This document shows positions 1-7,823 of a stretch of 18,566 nucleotides of DNA, in pieces. The position numbers were made by a program, and so were the translations under genes. The DNA comes from Candidatus Ratteibacteria bacterium (lineage in GTDB: Bacteria > Ratteibacteria > UBA8468 > B48-G9 > DTJG01). The stretch spans positions 1 to 18,566 of the forward strand of contig JBMFLH010000037.1 of assembly GCA_049971295.1 (NCBI GenBank), given 5' to 3'. Each line of letters opens with the position of its first letter. The first letter of the stretch is position 1. The notes below the pieces were generated by a model. It ran no database searches. It was not told the DNA's origin and worked only from the letters and a program-made list of their open reading frames with translations.

Positions 1-14
1 GTGTTAAAAAAATC

Positions 15-1331
15 ATGGGATATGGAGAAATTCTAATATCTTATATCATATGCGAACATATTCGGAGGTTGTTTCATCTTGAACAGAAAGAATTTGCCAG
101 TGCGATGAGAAATCCCGTGATAAAAAGAGCCCTTCTAAATGTGGTTGAAACAGTTGCTAAAAATGGAGCTTCAATGCCTATGGTTTTTGCACAGCCATTG
201 ATGATTGTATGGAATACAACAGATAGATGCAATTTGAGATGTAAACACTGTTACGAAGATGCAGGCGTTCTTTCATCATGTCGAAAGGATGAATTGACAG
301 AGGATGAAAAAATCCAGGTGATGAAAGAAATCGCTCAAACCAATATTCCAACATTTGCCTTTGCTGGAGGAGAACCTTTGATGGATCCTGCTTTTTGGAA
401 ACTCGCGGAAATTGGCAAAAAGACGGGTCTTTACATGTCTATAAACACAAATGGCACTCTTATTACCAAACAGGTTGCTGAAAGATTAAAAGATATTGGA
501 TTTGCTTATTACGGAGTCAGCTTGGACGGCGCATCTTCAGAAGTTCATGATAGTTTTCGCGGAGTTAGCGGCGCCTTTGAAAGGGCAATACAGGGGATTA
601 AAAACCTGATCGAGGTGGGCGAGGCGGATAAAGTTTGCATTTCTTTTACTGTGACAAGAGAAAACAAATCAGAAATCAAAAAGATGATGGAACTGCGTGA
701 CCAACTTGGAATAAGGAAAGTGGTTTTTTATAATTACATTCCGTGTGGAAGGGCAGGTTTTGAAAATGACCTGACGGCTACGGAAAGAGAAGAACTTTTT
801 GAATTGTTTTACGAGGATTTAGAAAAAGGTAAACAATCATTGCTTTCAACTGCTCCGCAATTCGGTAGATACTGTAAGCAAATGTATCAGCAGGGATGTG
901 GGGAATATGTTATGCTTGGACATTTTTCTTCTGGCAAAGCAAGTACTTTGAAAAATCTTGCAGAGTTGATTGGTGGATGCGGAGCCGGAAGAGCGTATCT
1001 TGCCATTCAGCCAGATGGAGCAATTACGCCATGCGTTTTTATGCCGGACGTGAAAATCGGGAATCTAAAGCAAAAGGGGACAATTTCCAGACAATATCTT
1101 TTTGATATATGGGAAAATTCTGAGATACTAACAATGATTAGAGATAGAAGGAACCATCAAGAAAATTGTGGGTGCAGAGGGCATTATTTTTCAGTTTGTG
1201 GAGGTTGCGTGGCAAGGGCATATGCATACTATGGAGATTTTATGGCACCTGACCCTGGTTGCATCTTTAATTCTGTAGATAAGGAACCTGCTGGTATTAC
1301 TAAGAAAAAATACATTTTTCTATCAAAATAA
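15..1331 (+). CDS. Radical SAM protein with C-terminal SPASM domain (AhbC/AhbD/NirJ/PqqE-like superfamily; substrate unknown); probably 5'-truncated by the window edge
   Basis: CxxxCxxC motif (VWNTTDRCNLRCKHCY), GGEP motif, NTNG, VSLDG; SPASM cysteines GCGAG...DGAITPC...CGC...CGGC...DPGC. The frame stays open upstream of the ATG to the window edge (gtt aaa aaa atc atg), so the true start may lie outside. Confidence 0.9.
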   Translation: MGYGEILISYIICEHIRRLFHLEQKEFASAMRNPVIKRALLNVVETVAKNGASMPMVFAQPLMIVWNTTDRCNLRCKHCYEDAGVLSSCRKDELTEDEKIQVMKEIAQTNIPTFAFAGGEPLMDPAFWKLAEIGKKTGLYMSINTNGTLITKQVAERLKDIGFAYYGVSLDGASSEVHDSFRGVSGAFERAIQGIKNLIEVGEADKVCISFTVTRENKSEIKKMMELRDQLGIRKVVFYNYIPCGRAGFENDLTATEREELFELFYEDLEKGKQSLLSTAPQFGRYCKQMYQQGCGEYVMLGHFSSGKASTLKNLAELIGGCGAGRAYLAIQPDGAITPCVFMPDVKIGNLKQKGTISRQYLFDIWENSEILTMIRDRRNHQENCGCRGHYFSVCGGCVARAYAYYGDFMAPDPGCIFNSVDKEPAGITKKKYIFLSK

Positions 1332-1334
1332 TTT

Positions 1335-2414
1335 TTACTCGATGGGAGCCATTTTTTTGACAAAATCTATGATAAATTGCTGTTCATTTCTGTCCTTGCA
1401 GTAGCAAAGCAAGAAAAATCTTCCCTTTGATAAAAGAGCGATTTTTTCTTGAATAGACCGGGGATCTGCGACAATTACAACAATTTTCTTTTTTGCTCCT
1501 TCAATTAGCCTGTCAAGAATACTGATGGCTTCTGGTGTATTTGGATCAGGTCTCCAGTTATAGGTCGTGAGATATTCAATACTGGAAATATTTTCCATCT
1601 GATGATATGACTGAGTGTGAACATGAAGAAAACCACCACCAAATCTTTTGAAAACTTCGTTGGTATATGGAACACCAAATTCTTTGTAATGTTGGGGTGA
1701 AAGAAGACCAGCGGCATCTTCGCTTAAAAATGATAGGCATCTTTCCATCCACAAAAGGCCAGCTATATTTCCATAATTTTCATTCCTAACATTATCTTCT
1801 ATCAGTTGATATGCCCATCTCAGAGCCTCATCACATCGTTTTATCAATGTATGCACTTTATCCGGGCATTCATAGACATCGAGGAAAAATTCAGAACCCC
1901 TTAAAATAAATGCCAGTTCAAGAGGAGAATGATATCCAGATAGATATACATAACACTTATTCTTCATTCTTTTTGTGGCATATTGAAGTCCGGAGAGAGT
2001 AATATCAATAAATTGGTTATCTTTTTTCCATGGAAAGTTTATGGTTTCTTCAATTGTCTTTCCCACTGGTTCTATCCAGGATGTATTTGCGCCAAATCTC
2101 AGGGAACCGAGAATCATACCCGCAAATATTCCTGAACCATACCGTAAAGCAAGTACTGGTATTGAATCGTCAGGGTAATCACTTCTGTATCTGTAAAGTT
2201 TTTCTTCCCTATCACAGAGAAGTTTTGGGAGTAATAACACATTCTTTTTGAAATCAATTTCTTCAAGTGGGGGAACTTCGACTGAATTTATAATTTTTTC
2301 TTCTTCTGGCAGAAAAGTGTATATGAGACAACCTTTTTTTGCAGATTGAAGTCTTTTATGTCTTTCAAGAGTTTCAGAAAAATTCTTCTTAAATTCAAAA
2401 TCATTTGTCTTCAT
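1335..2414 (-). CDS. Uroporphyrinogen decarboxylase (URO-D)/MtaA-CmuA-like TIM-barrel protein, function unknown
   Basis: Family-typical segments SPLELAFILRGSEFFLDVYECPDKVHTL, SEDAAGLLSPQHYKEFGVPY and GGFLHVH. It lacks the N-terminal WxMRQAGRY signature of true HemE. Start overlaps the upstream glycosidase by 14 bp. Confidence 0.65.
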   Translation of the reverse strand: MKTNDFEFKKNFSETLERHKRLQSAKKGCLIYTFLPEEEKIINSVEVPPLEEIDFKKNVLLLPKLLCDREEKLYRYRSDYPDDSIPVLALRYGSGIFAGMILGSLRFGANTSWIEPVGKTIEETINFPWKKDNQFIDITLSGLQYATKRMKNKCYVYLSGYHSPLELAFILRGSEFFLDVYECPDKVHTLIKRCDEALRWAYQLIEDNVRNENYGNIAGLLWMERCLSFLSEDAAGLLSPQHYKEFGVPYTNEVFKRFGGGFLHVHTQSYHQMENISSIEYLTTYNWRPDPNTPEAISILDRLIEGAKKKIVVIVADPRSIQEKIALLSKGRFFLLCYCKDRNEQQFIIDFVKKMAPIE

Positions 2415-4116
2415 AATTTTCCTTTCTTAATTCATGGACGAAAGCAACGTAAATTGCCGCACTCCAATGATAATCGGCTATTGTTCTTGTCCAGCCCTTA
2501 GTTCCGAGCCAGTCCTTTCTTGGAAGGTCCTGTGGAGGGATTTTATTGTCAGGATCATAGAACTCAAAAATAGAACCCTTTTCTTTATACCATTTTTCAA
2601 CAGCATTTTTTGTTTTTATTAGTAGCTGATTTGCTGTTTTTTTGAATCCATATTTTAATAGTCCTCTGTAGACCAAAAAATTGTAGTTTAGCCATGTCCC
2701 TCCCCTCCACATGTTCTTGCAAAAGGTTTTCTCATTTTTTGCAGTTGATGGAATCGGGAAATCTGTCCAGAAGACATTTTTATCAATCAGTGTTTTGTGA
2801 ATCTGTCTGGCTTTTTTTATATCAGGTACTTCTGCAAGCAATGGTAGCAAAGATGCTGATGTTTTTATTCTAATAAACTGGCCATTTCGCTTTCTGTCAT
2901 AATAAAATTTATCCTCATGGTCCCATAAAAATCTATCAACAAGTTTTTTCTTTTCCTCTGCGAGGTTTTTCCATATTAAGGAGTCTTCTTTTTTATTTAG
3001 AATTCCTGCGATTTGGGAAAGACAGTTCATTTCGTTAATGGCAAAGCAGTTTAAGTCAATGGCTGCCACTGGTTCATCAGGACGCACATCATCAAATCGT
3101 GGAGAATTGTCCATGCCGCATTCTCCGCATTTTGATGTAGGCGGTCCGTCGACAATCCATTCAAGAAGTCCGTCTCCATCCTTGTCTCGATTTGTGTATA
3201 GCCACTTAATATATTTACAAATTCCATTGTATACGACGTTTAAGAAATCATAATTTTTTGTTTCGTGAAATAAATCTAAAGCAGCCCATGCAAAAAGAGC
3301 TGGCTGAGTAATGTTTTCATACAACCTTTTTTCTTCTGGGCTCATCGTAATTGAAATGAACCCGTCTTTTCTTTGACAATTCAACACTGCAAGTAAAGTG
3401 CTTTCAGCGATTTGATGAGAAATATAACGATTGCCAAATGTATGAAATGCTGAATCCCAGAACCACATATACCTATGAGGCCATCGATCAGGTGTTGTCC
3501 AGAGACAATTGATTCTGCCTTGTTTACTTTCAGAATTCACCTTCATAATGGAAATTGCCCTAAAATAAGTTTTTTCTTCTATATCACTGTTGAATTTTGG
3601 ATGGTCAAGAGTCTTAAAAAAACTAAGTTTCTTTGTGATTTCTTTTTCAATACTCTTTTCTCTTAAAGTTTTTTTCGCCTTTTTTAACACATTTTCCTTG
3701 CTTTTGGAATCAAAAGAATATGAAAAAATATTTTTCTCTGGCATAATTACAAGAGCTACATTTCCATTTTCAGAAGACATAATGATTTCATTTACGCATT
3801 TTGTTTCTATTGGATTTCCCAGATATGGAATAAACTGTGAAGAATATTTTCCAATAATTCCATCTTTTTCTACAAATATCATCGCAATAGCAGGCTCTTT
3901 AATCAAAAAAATATCAGAGCTGATTATTGATATGCACGGTTTTTTATAACTTTTCAGGTTTCTGAATCCAAATTGTATTTTTTCATCGAATGCCAGAATA
4001 AACTGGCCAAAATCAGCGTCTGTTGTGGCAATAAATGGATGAAGCCAGTCGGTTTTTCCTTCAATACCAGAGAACGCAAAAATCGTCCCTTTTCCCCACA
4101 CATCAGGATATTTCAT
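2401..4116 (-). CDS. (alpha/alpha)6-barrel glycoside hydrolase, GH63/MGH1-like (trehalase-like clan), predicted cytoplasmic
   Basis: Motifs WFWDSAFH, TQPALFAWA, RDKDGDGL, ECGMDNSPRFD, MWRGGTWLNYN, FEFYDP, YHWSAA. SD AAGGAG at 4122-4127 (minus). No signal peptide evident. Confidence 0.85.
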   Translation of the reverse strand: MKYPDVWGKGTIFAFSGIEGKTDWLHPFIATTDADFGQFILAFDEKIQFGFRNLKSYKKPCISIISSDIFLIKEPAIAMIFVEKDGIIGKYSSQFIPYLGNPIETKCVNEIIMSSENGNVALVIMPEKNIFSYSFDSKSKENVLKKAKKTLREKSIEKEITKKLSFFKTLDHPKFNSDIEEKTYFRAISIMKVNSESKQGRINCLWTTPDRWPHRYMWFWDSAFHTFGNRYISHQIAESTLLAVLNCQRKDGFISITMSPEEKRLYENITQPALFAWAALDLFHETKNYDFLNVVYNGICKYIKWLYTNRDKDGDGLLEWIVDGPPTSKCGECGMDNSPRFDDVRPDEPVAAIDLNCFAINEMNCLSQIAGILNKKEDSLIWKNLAEEKKKLVDRFLWDHEDKFYYDRKRNGQFIRIKTSASLLPLLAEVPDIKKARQIHKTLIDKNVFWTDFPIPSTAKNEKTFCKNMWRGGTWLNYNFLVYRGLLKYGFKKTANQLLIKTKNAVEKWYKEKGSIFEFYDPDNKIPPQDLPRKDWLGTKGWTRTIADYHWSAAIYVAFVHELRKENYEDK

Positions 4117-4121
4117 CTATG

Positions 4122-4160
4122 CTCCTTGTTCTATCAATGATTTTTGGATAAATTATACCA
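4122..4160 (-). promoter_or_regulatory. Extended -10 sigma70-type promoter (TGGTATAAT) and Shine-Dalgarno (AAGGAG) for the glycosidase/URO-D-like unit
   Basis: Plus-strand attatacca (4152-4160) reads TGGTATAAT on the minus strand, a perfect TGn-TATAAT. ctcctt (4122-4127) reads AAGGAG, 5 nt before the ATG at 4116. The -35 position is poor (CTTCTT). Confidence 0.7.
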
Positions 4161-4183
4161 AGTTTTTGATTTAGAAGAAGGTT

Positions 4184-4200
4184 TCATTTTGACAAAATGA
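4184..4200. promoter_or_regulatory. Perfect 8-1-8 palindrome TCATTTTG-A-CAAAATGA, candidate operator overlapping the -35 box
   Basis: 4184-4191 TCATTTTG is the exact reverse complement of 4193-4200 CAAAATGA. A tandem TGACAAAA x2 (4190-4205) overlaps it. Confidence 0.5.
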
Positions 4201-4217
4201 CAAAAAATTTTTATAGT
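4189..4217 (+). promoter_or_regulatory. Near-consensus sigma70 promoter TTGACA-N17-TATAGT for the pilin-like/yfcE/cinA/mltG operon
   Basis: TTGACA at 4189-4194, 17-bp spacer, TATAGT at 4212-4217. Predicted +1 is near 4224, the A of an ATG. Confidence 0.75.
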
Positions 4218-4223
4218 ATATGT

Positions 4224-5978
4224 ATGAAAATGAAGGGATTTACACTGATAGAAATAGCGTCTGTTGCAGCTATTGTTTCTACTCTTTCCCTCGGTGGATA
4301 TCAACTTGTGAAAAAAGGAAAAGATTCTGTGTGCATAAACAATCTGAAGCAAATTGGCCAGGCACTGGCAATGTTTGAAGCAGACCACGATGGATTGCCT
4401 GATGCAGTATTTTATCCAAAGGATGCTAATGACCCTCGTGGTATTCACAATTTATTAAGGAAGTATGGTGCTACTTCTCAATTATTTTTCTGTCCAGCGG
4501 TAACCTCAGAATTCAATAAATATGGAACGAATTATCTCTGGAATGAGGCAGCTAAAGGCAAGCAGAGTTCAGATGCTGCGAACTTATGGTTGATGACTGA
4601 AATCACATCTCTGTACCCTGAACTTCCTACGCCTCACACTGGCGGCTATGGTATTCTTTATGCAGATGGCCATGCTCAAATCGGAAGAAACATCAGTTTT
4701 CCTTCTTTTCAAAGACCAGCGCTTGCATTGACAGGGTCCGGTGAGAAACCAAAGGAAGAAACCTCTGTTGAAGAAAAGAAAGAAGAAGTTCAAGAGACCA
4801 AACCTTCATCTCATGTTGCATCATATCAGGTTGTTAATCTACCATCAAGAATTCAGGCAGGAAAATTTGTACCTATTACTATCAAAGCGGTTGATAACGC
4901 TGGTAATGTGGTTGAAAAGGATGAAAGGGTAAGAATACTGGACCTTACTCAGGCCATTGAACCTTCTGAAGTTTCTCTTCAAAAAGGTATCGGTAATGTC
5001 ATGATTCAGATTAAAAAAGTCTGTCCGAACAATATTCTTATAGTATTTGGTTCTGATGGACTGTGGTCAAATTCAATGGAATTCGCAGTTGAATCAGGTG
5101 AACCCGCAGCGATTGAAGTTTTGCCACCCAATCTTATTTACGCGGGAATCCCTGCGACTTTTACACTTATCGTAAAAGACAGTTATGACAATGTATCAAC
5201 AAAGGAGGGTATCAAGATATTGGCTTCTACCAGTAGTGAAGCTGAATATCCTTCTGAATTTTTCACAGATGCCAGCGGTAGGATTAATTTATCCTTTGTT
5301 TTTCACAAGGCAGGAGAAAACAGGGTGAATTTTTCTATTGCTGGAACCACAATAAGGGAATCCTGTTCAGTAAAAGTTAGACCCGGTCTTGTTGAGCGCT
5401 TTGAAATCAGTTCCATAAAATCACCCATCGAAGCTGGAACGTCCGTACCAATCACAGTGAAAGCTATTGACAGATATGGAAACAGGGCAAAGGGTTTTAT
5501 ATTTTCTGGAAGTCCAAATATGCCAGGATACATTCAGGAAGATATGTCCTCAGGTATGTGGATGGAGACCATATCCTTTGAAAAGGCAGTTTCAGAAACA
5601 TACATTGTTGTAAGTGATGGAATGGGGCATACTGGCAGGTCTAACAGTTTTTCTGTGATCCCATCCTATCCTGCGCAGATAAAGTTGATTGAGTATAGTC
5701 CAGTTGCAATTCAGCAACAGGCGTTTGAAGTAAAATTTTGTGTTCTTGATAGATACAGGAATCGTGTCAGTGATCTTGAATCGTTGATGAGTGCGGAAGG
5801 TGTCGCTGACTATAAGATTTCCAAATTTGAGGATGTATATATTTTCAGTGCAAGCTTTGATGAAATCGGAAGAAAGAATATAAAACTTTCTTTGAAGCAA
5901 GAAAACAAAAATCCTTTAATTCTTGAATTTTCCATTGATGTTCTCCCGAAAAAATCGGTTTTAAAAAAAGGGGAATAA
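4224..5978 (+). CDS. Prepilin-type N-terminal cleavage/methylation protein with DUF1559-like and H-X9-DG region, fused to four Ig-like repeats
   Basis: Class III signal MKMKG|FTLIE, then CINNLKQIGQALAMF, FFCP and H-TGGYGILYA-DG-H (4635-4673), an E/K-rich linker and four ~95-aa beta-rich repeats (xAG...D.yGN). Start moved from 4197 to 4224 (or 4230) because the 4197 ATG lies inside the promoter spacer. Confidence 0.8.
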   Translation: MKMKGFTLIEIASVAAIVSTLSLGGYQLVKKGKDSVCINNLKQIGQALAMFEADHDGLPDAVFYPKDANDPRGIHNLLRKYGATSQLFFCPAVTSEFNKYGTNYLWNEAAKGKQSSDAANLWLMTEITSLYPELPTPHTGGYGILYADGHAQIGRNISFPSFQRPALALTGSGEKPKEETSVEEKKEEVQETKPSSHVASYQVVNLPSRIQAGKFVPITIKAVDNAGNVVEKDERVRILDLTQAIEPSEVSLQKGIGNVMIQIKKVCPNNILIVFGSDGLWSNSMEFAVESGEPAAIEVLPPNLIYAGIPATFTLIVKDSYDNVSTKEGIKILASTSSEAEYPSEFFTDASGRINLSFVFHKAGENRVNFSIAGTTIRESCSVKVRPGLVERFEISSIKSPIEAGTSVPITVKAIDRYGNRAKGFIFSGSPNMPGYIQEDMSSGMWMETISFEKAVSETYIVVSDGMGHTGRSNSFSVIPSYPAQIKLIEYSPVAIQQQAFEVKFCVLDRYRNRVSDLESLMSAEGVADYKISKFEDVYIFSASFDEIGRKNIKLSLKQENKNPLILEFSIDVLPKKSVLKKGE

Positions 5979-5979
5979 A

Positions 5980-6531
5980 ATGAACATTGTTGTAATCAGT
6001 GATACTCATGGTTCTTTAGGTGCCTGGAATAAGGTAGAAAAGTATATCAATTCGGATACATCCTGCGTGATACATGCTGGAGATATATATTATTTTGGAC
6101 CACGGAATCCTGTTCCTGAGGGGCATGCCCCAGGGTCCCTTGCAGAGAGGATTAATAATCTGAGATTACCTGTTATATGTGCGAAAGGTAACTGTGATTC
6201 TGATGTTGATCAACTGGTGAGTAAATTTCCATTATGCAATCCATTCGCATTTGTTTTTTATTACGGCAGAAAAATTTTTGTTACACACGGACACATGCAT
6301 GAAAAGGAGAAACTTGTTGAATTAGGGAAAAGCTGGTCTGTGGATATCATTGTAACTGGCCATACGCATTTCGCATGTCTTGAGAAAATTGACGATATCA
6401 TATTTCTCAATCCTGGCAGCTGCAGCCTTCCAAAGAATTTTCCGGGCATCGGTTTGATTTATGACAATTTCATCGAACTTCGTAATCTTGTGGATGGTTC
6501 AGTCGTTGAAAAGGTCAATTTGACTGAATGA
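5980..6531 (+). CDS. yfcE: YfcE-family metallophosphoesterase (phosphodiesterase, MJ0936 family)
   Basis: SDTHG, HAGD..YFGPRNPVPEGHAP (YfcE-type loop), GNCDSDVDQ, THGH, GHTH, NPGSCSLPK. Confidence 0.88.
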   Translation: MNIVVISDTHGSLGAWNKVEKYINSDTSCVIHAGDIYYFGPRNPVPEGHAPGSLAERINNLRLPVICAKGNCDSDVDQLVSKFPLCNPFAFVFYYGRKIFVTHGHMHEKEKLVELGKSWSVDIIVTGHTHFACLEKIDDIIFLNPGSCSLPKNFPGIGLIYDNFIELRNLVDGSVVEKVNLTE

Positions 6532-7823
6532 ATCCGGATTTCAACAACGCAATGGCTGAAATAAAACATATTAAGAATGTGAACCTTGTATGTGTTGGAA
6601 GTGAACTTTTTTACTATATTTCCAACACCAATGTTCACATTGCGACCAGGATTCTTGAAATGCATGATTTCTCTTTGAACTACAACATTGTGGTTCCCGA
6701 TGAACCAGGAGCGATTATTAAATCAGTGGAGTTTTGTTTAAACAATGGTGATGCAGTTATTATTTCTGGCGGGCTTGGACCAACATTTGACGATATTACA
6801 AGGGAAGCAATTTCTGAATTAACAGGTAAAAATCTTTTCTTTTCTGAAGATGTCTGGGCAGAAATAAAAGAGAGATTTCGGGCAAGGGGTATAGAAAACA
6901 TCCCTGAAAGAAATAAAAAGCAGGCAATGGTGCTTGAAGGAGCAAAGACACTTACCAATATCACCGGGACTGCTCCAGGAATGATGATTGAATATAACAA
7001 TAAAATTCTTTTTTTGCTTCCTGGTGTTCCAAAAGAGTTTGAAGAAATGCTTCAGTCCCGGATTATTCCAGAATTGTTAAAACGGAGACAACATGAAAGC
7101 TCGAAATCTTTTGTAAGAATGTGCTTTGGTATCGCGGGTGAATCCGAGACAGTTGTTGAAGAAAAAACTGAGACATTAAGAAAAGAAGTAGAACTACAGG
7201 GTGGTCTCTGGACGATACTTGCGCTTCCTTATTTAATTGAACTCTGGTTGAAAATACCTTGCTCAAAACAAGAACTTTTTTGCGATGTTGAAAGGAAATT
7301 AAACGAAATTTTTGGCTCTTCTTTTCTGGGCACAGGTGGTATTTCAATTCCAGAGGGCCTTTTTAGGAGTTTAAGAGAAAAAAATCTGACATGCTGTTTT
7401 GCTGAATCATGCACAGGTGGGCTTGCCGGACATTTAATTACTGAGATACCTGGAAGTTCTATGATTTTCAATGGTTCTATTGTGTCTTATTCAAATAAAC
7501 TGAAGAAAAAAATTTTGAAAGTGCCAAAGACGATTTTACGAAAATATGGTGCTGTGAGCGAGCAAACTGCAATTGCCATGGCAAAAGGTGCAAGAAAATA
7601 TGGAAAGGCTGATGTATCCCTCGCAATCACTGGAATTGCAGGACCACGAGGAGGCAGTATTGAAAAACCAGTTGGACTTGTCTATATGGCAGTCGCATTG
7701 TCAAACAACCTTGTGATGTCTAAAAAATTTCAATTTTTGGGGCAACGTTCTGTTATTAAAATGAGAGCGGCGCTTGCAGGTATTGATTTTTTGCGCCGTG
7801 CTGTAATTGAGGAAAAAATATGA
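6528..7823 (+). CDS. cinA: CinA: molybdopterin-binding-like (MocF/COG1058) domain fused to NMN deamidase (PncC) domain
   Basis: VGSEL, SGGLGPTFDDITRE, GTAPG, LPGVPKE; C-terminal AESCTGG, PGSS, YSNKLK, GAVSEQTAIAMAKG, ITGIAGPRGGSIEKPVGLVY. ATGA overlap with yfcE. Confidence 0.93.
   Translation: MNPDFNNAMAEIKHIKNVNLVCVGSELFYYISNTNVHIATRILEMHDFSLNYNIVVPDEPGAIIKSVEFCLNNGDAVIISGGLGPTFDDITREAISELTGKNLFFSEDVWAEIKERFRARGIENIPERNKKQAMVLEGAKTLTNITGTAPGMMIEYNNKILFLLPGVPKEFEEMLQSRIIPELLKRRQHESSKSFVRMCFGIAGESETVVEEKTETLRKEVELQGGLWTILALPYLIELWLKIPCSKQELFCDVERKLNEIFGSSFLGTGGISIPEGLFRSLREKNLTCCFAESCTGGLAGHLITEIPGSSMIFNGSIVSYSNKLKKKILKVPKTILRKYGAVSEQTAIAMAKGARKYGKADVSLAITGIAGPRGGSIEKPVGLVYMAVALSNNLVMSKKFQFLGQRSVIKMRAALAGIDFLRRAVIEEKI

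Noticed and set aside
896..1105. Short Cys/Trp-rich ORF as a possible RiPP precursor for the SPASM enzyme
   Set aside because: It lies entirely inside the radical SAM gene in another frame, with no independent support.
15..2414. Alternative heme biosynthesis cluster (Ahb-like radical SAM plus hemE-like gene)
   Set aside because: The genes are convergent rather than co-transcribed, the URO-D-like protein lacks HemE motifs, and no other tetrapyrrole genes are present.
4197..4223. ORF-track start for the pilin-like gene
   Set aside because: The ATG lies within the -35/-10 spacer; 4224 or 4230 gives a typical short basic prepilin leader.
4134..4448. 104-aa minus-strand ORF spanning the promoter region
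   Set aside because: Antisense shadow of the pilin-like gene with no recognisable motif, and it runs across both promoters.
4224..7823. Natural competence locus (pilin-like gene plus cinA)
   Set aside because: CinA is an NAD-salvage enzyme, and no comEA/comEC, dprA, recA or pilus assembly genes are in the window.
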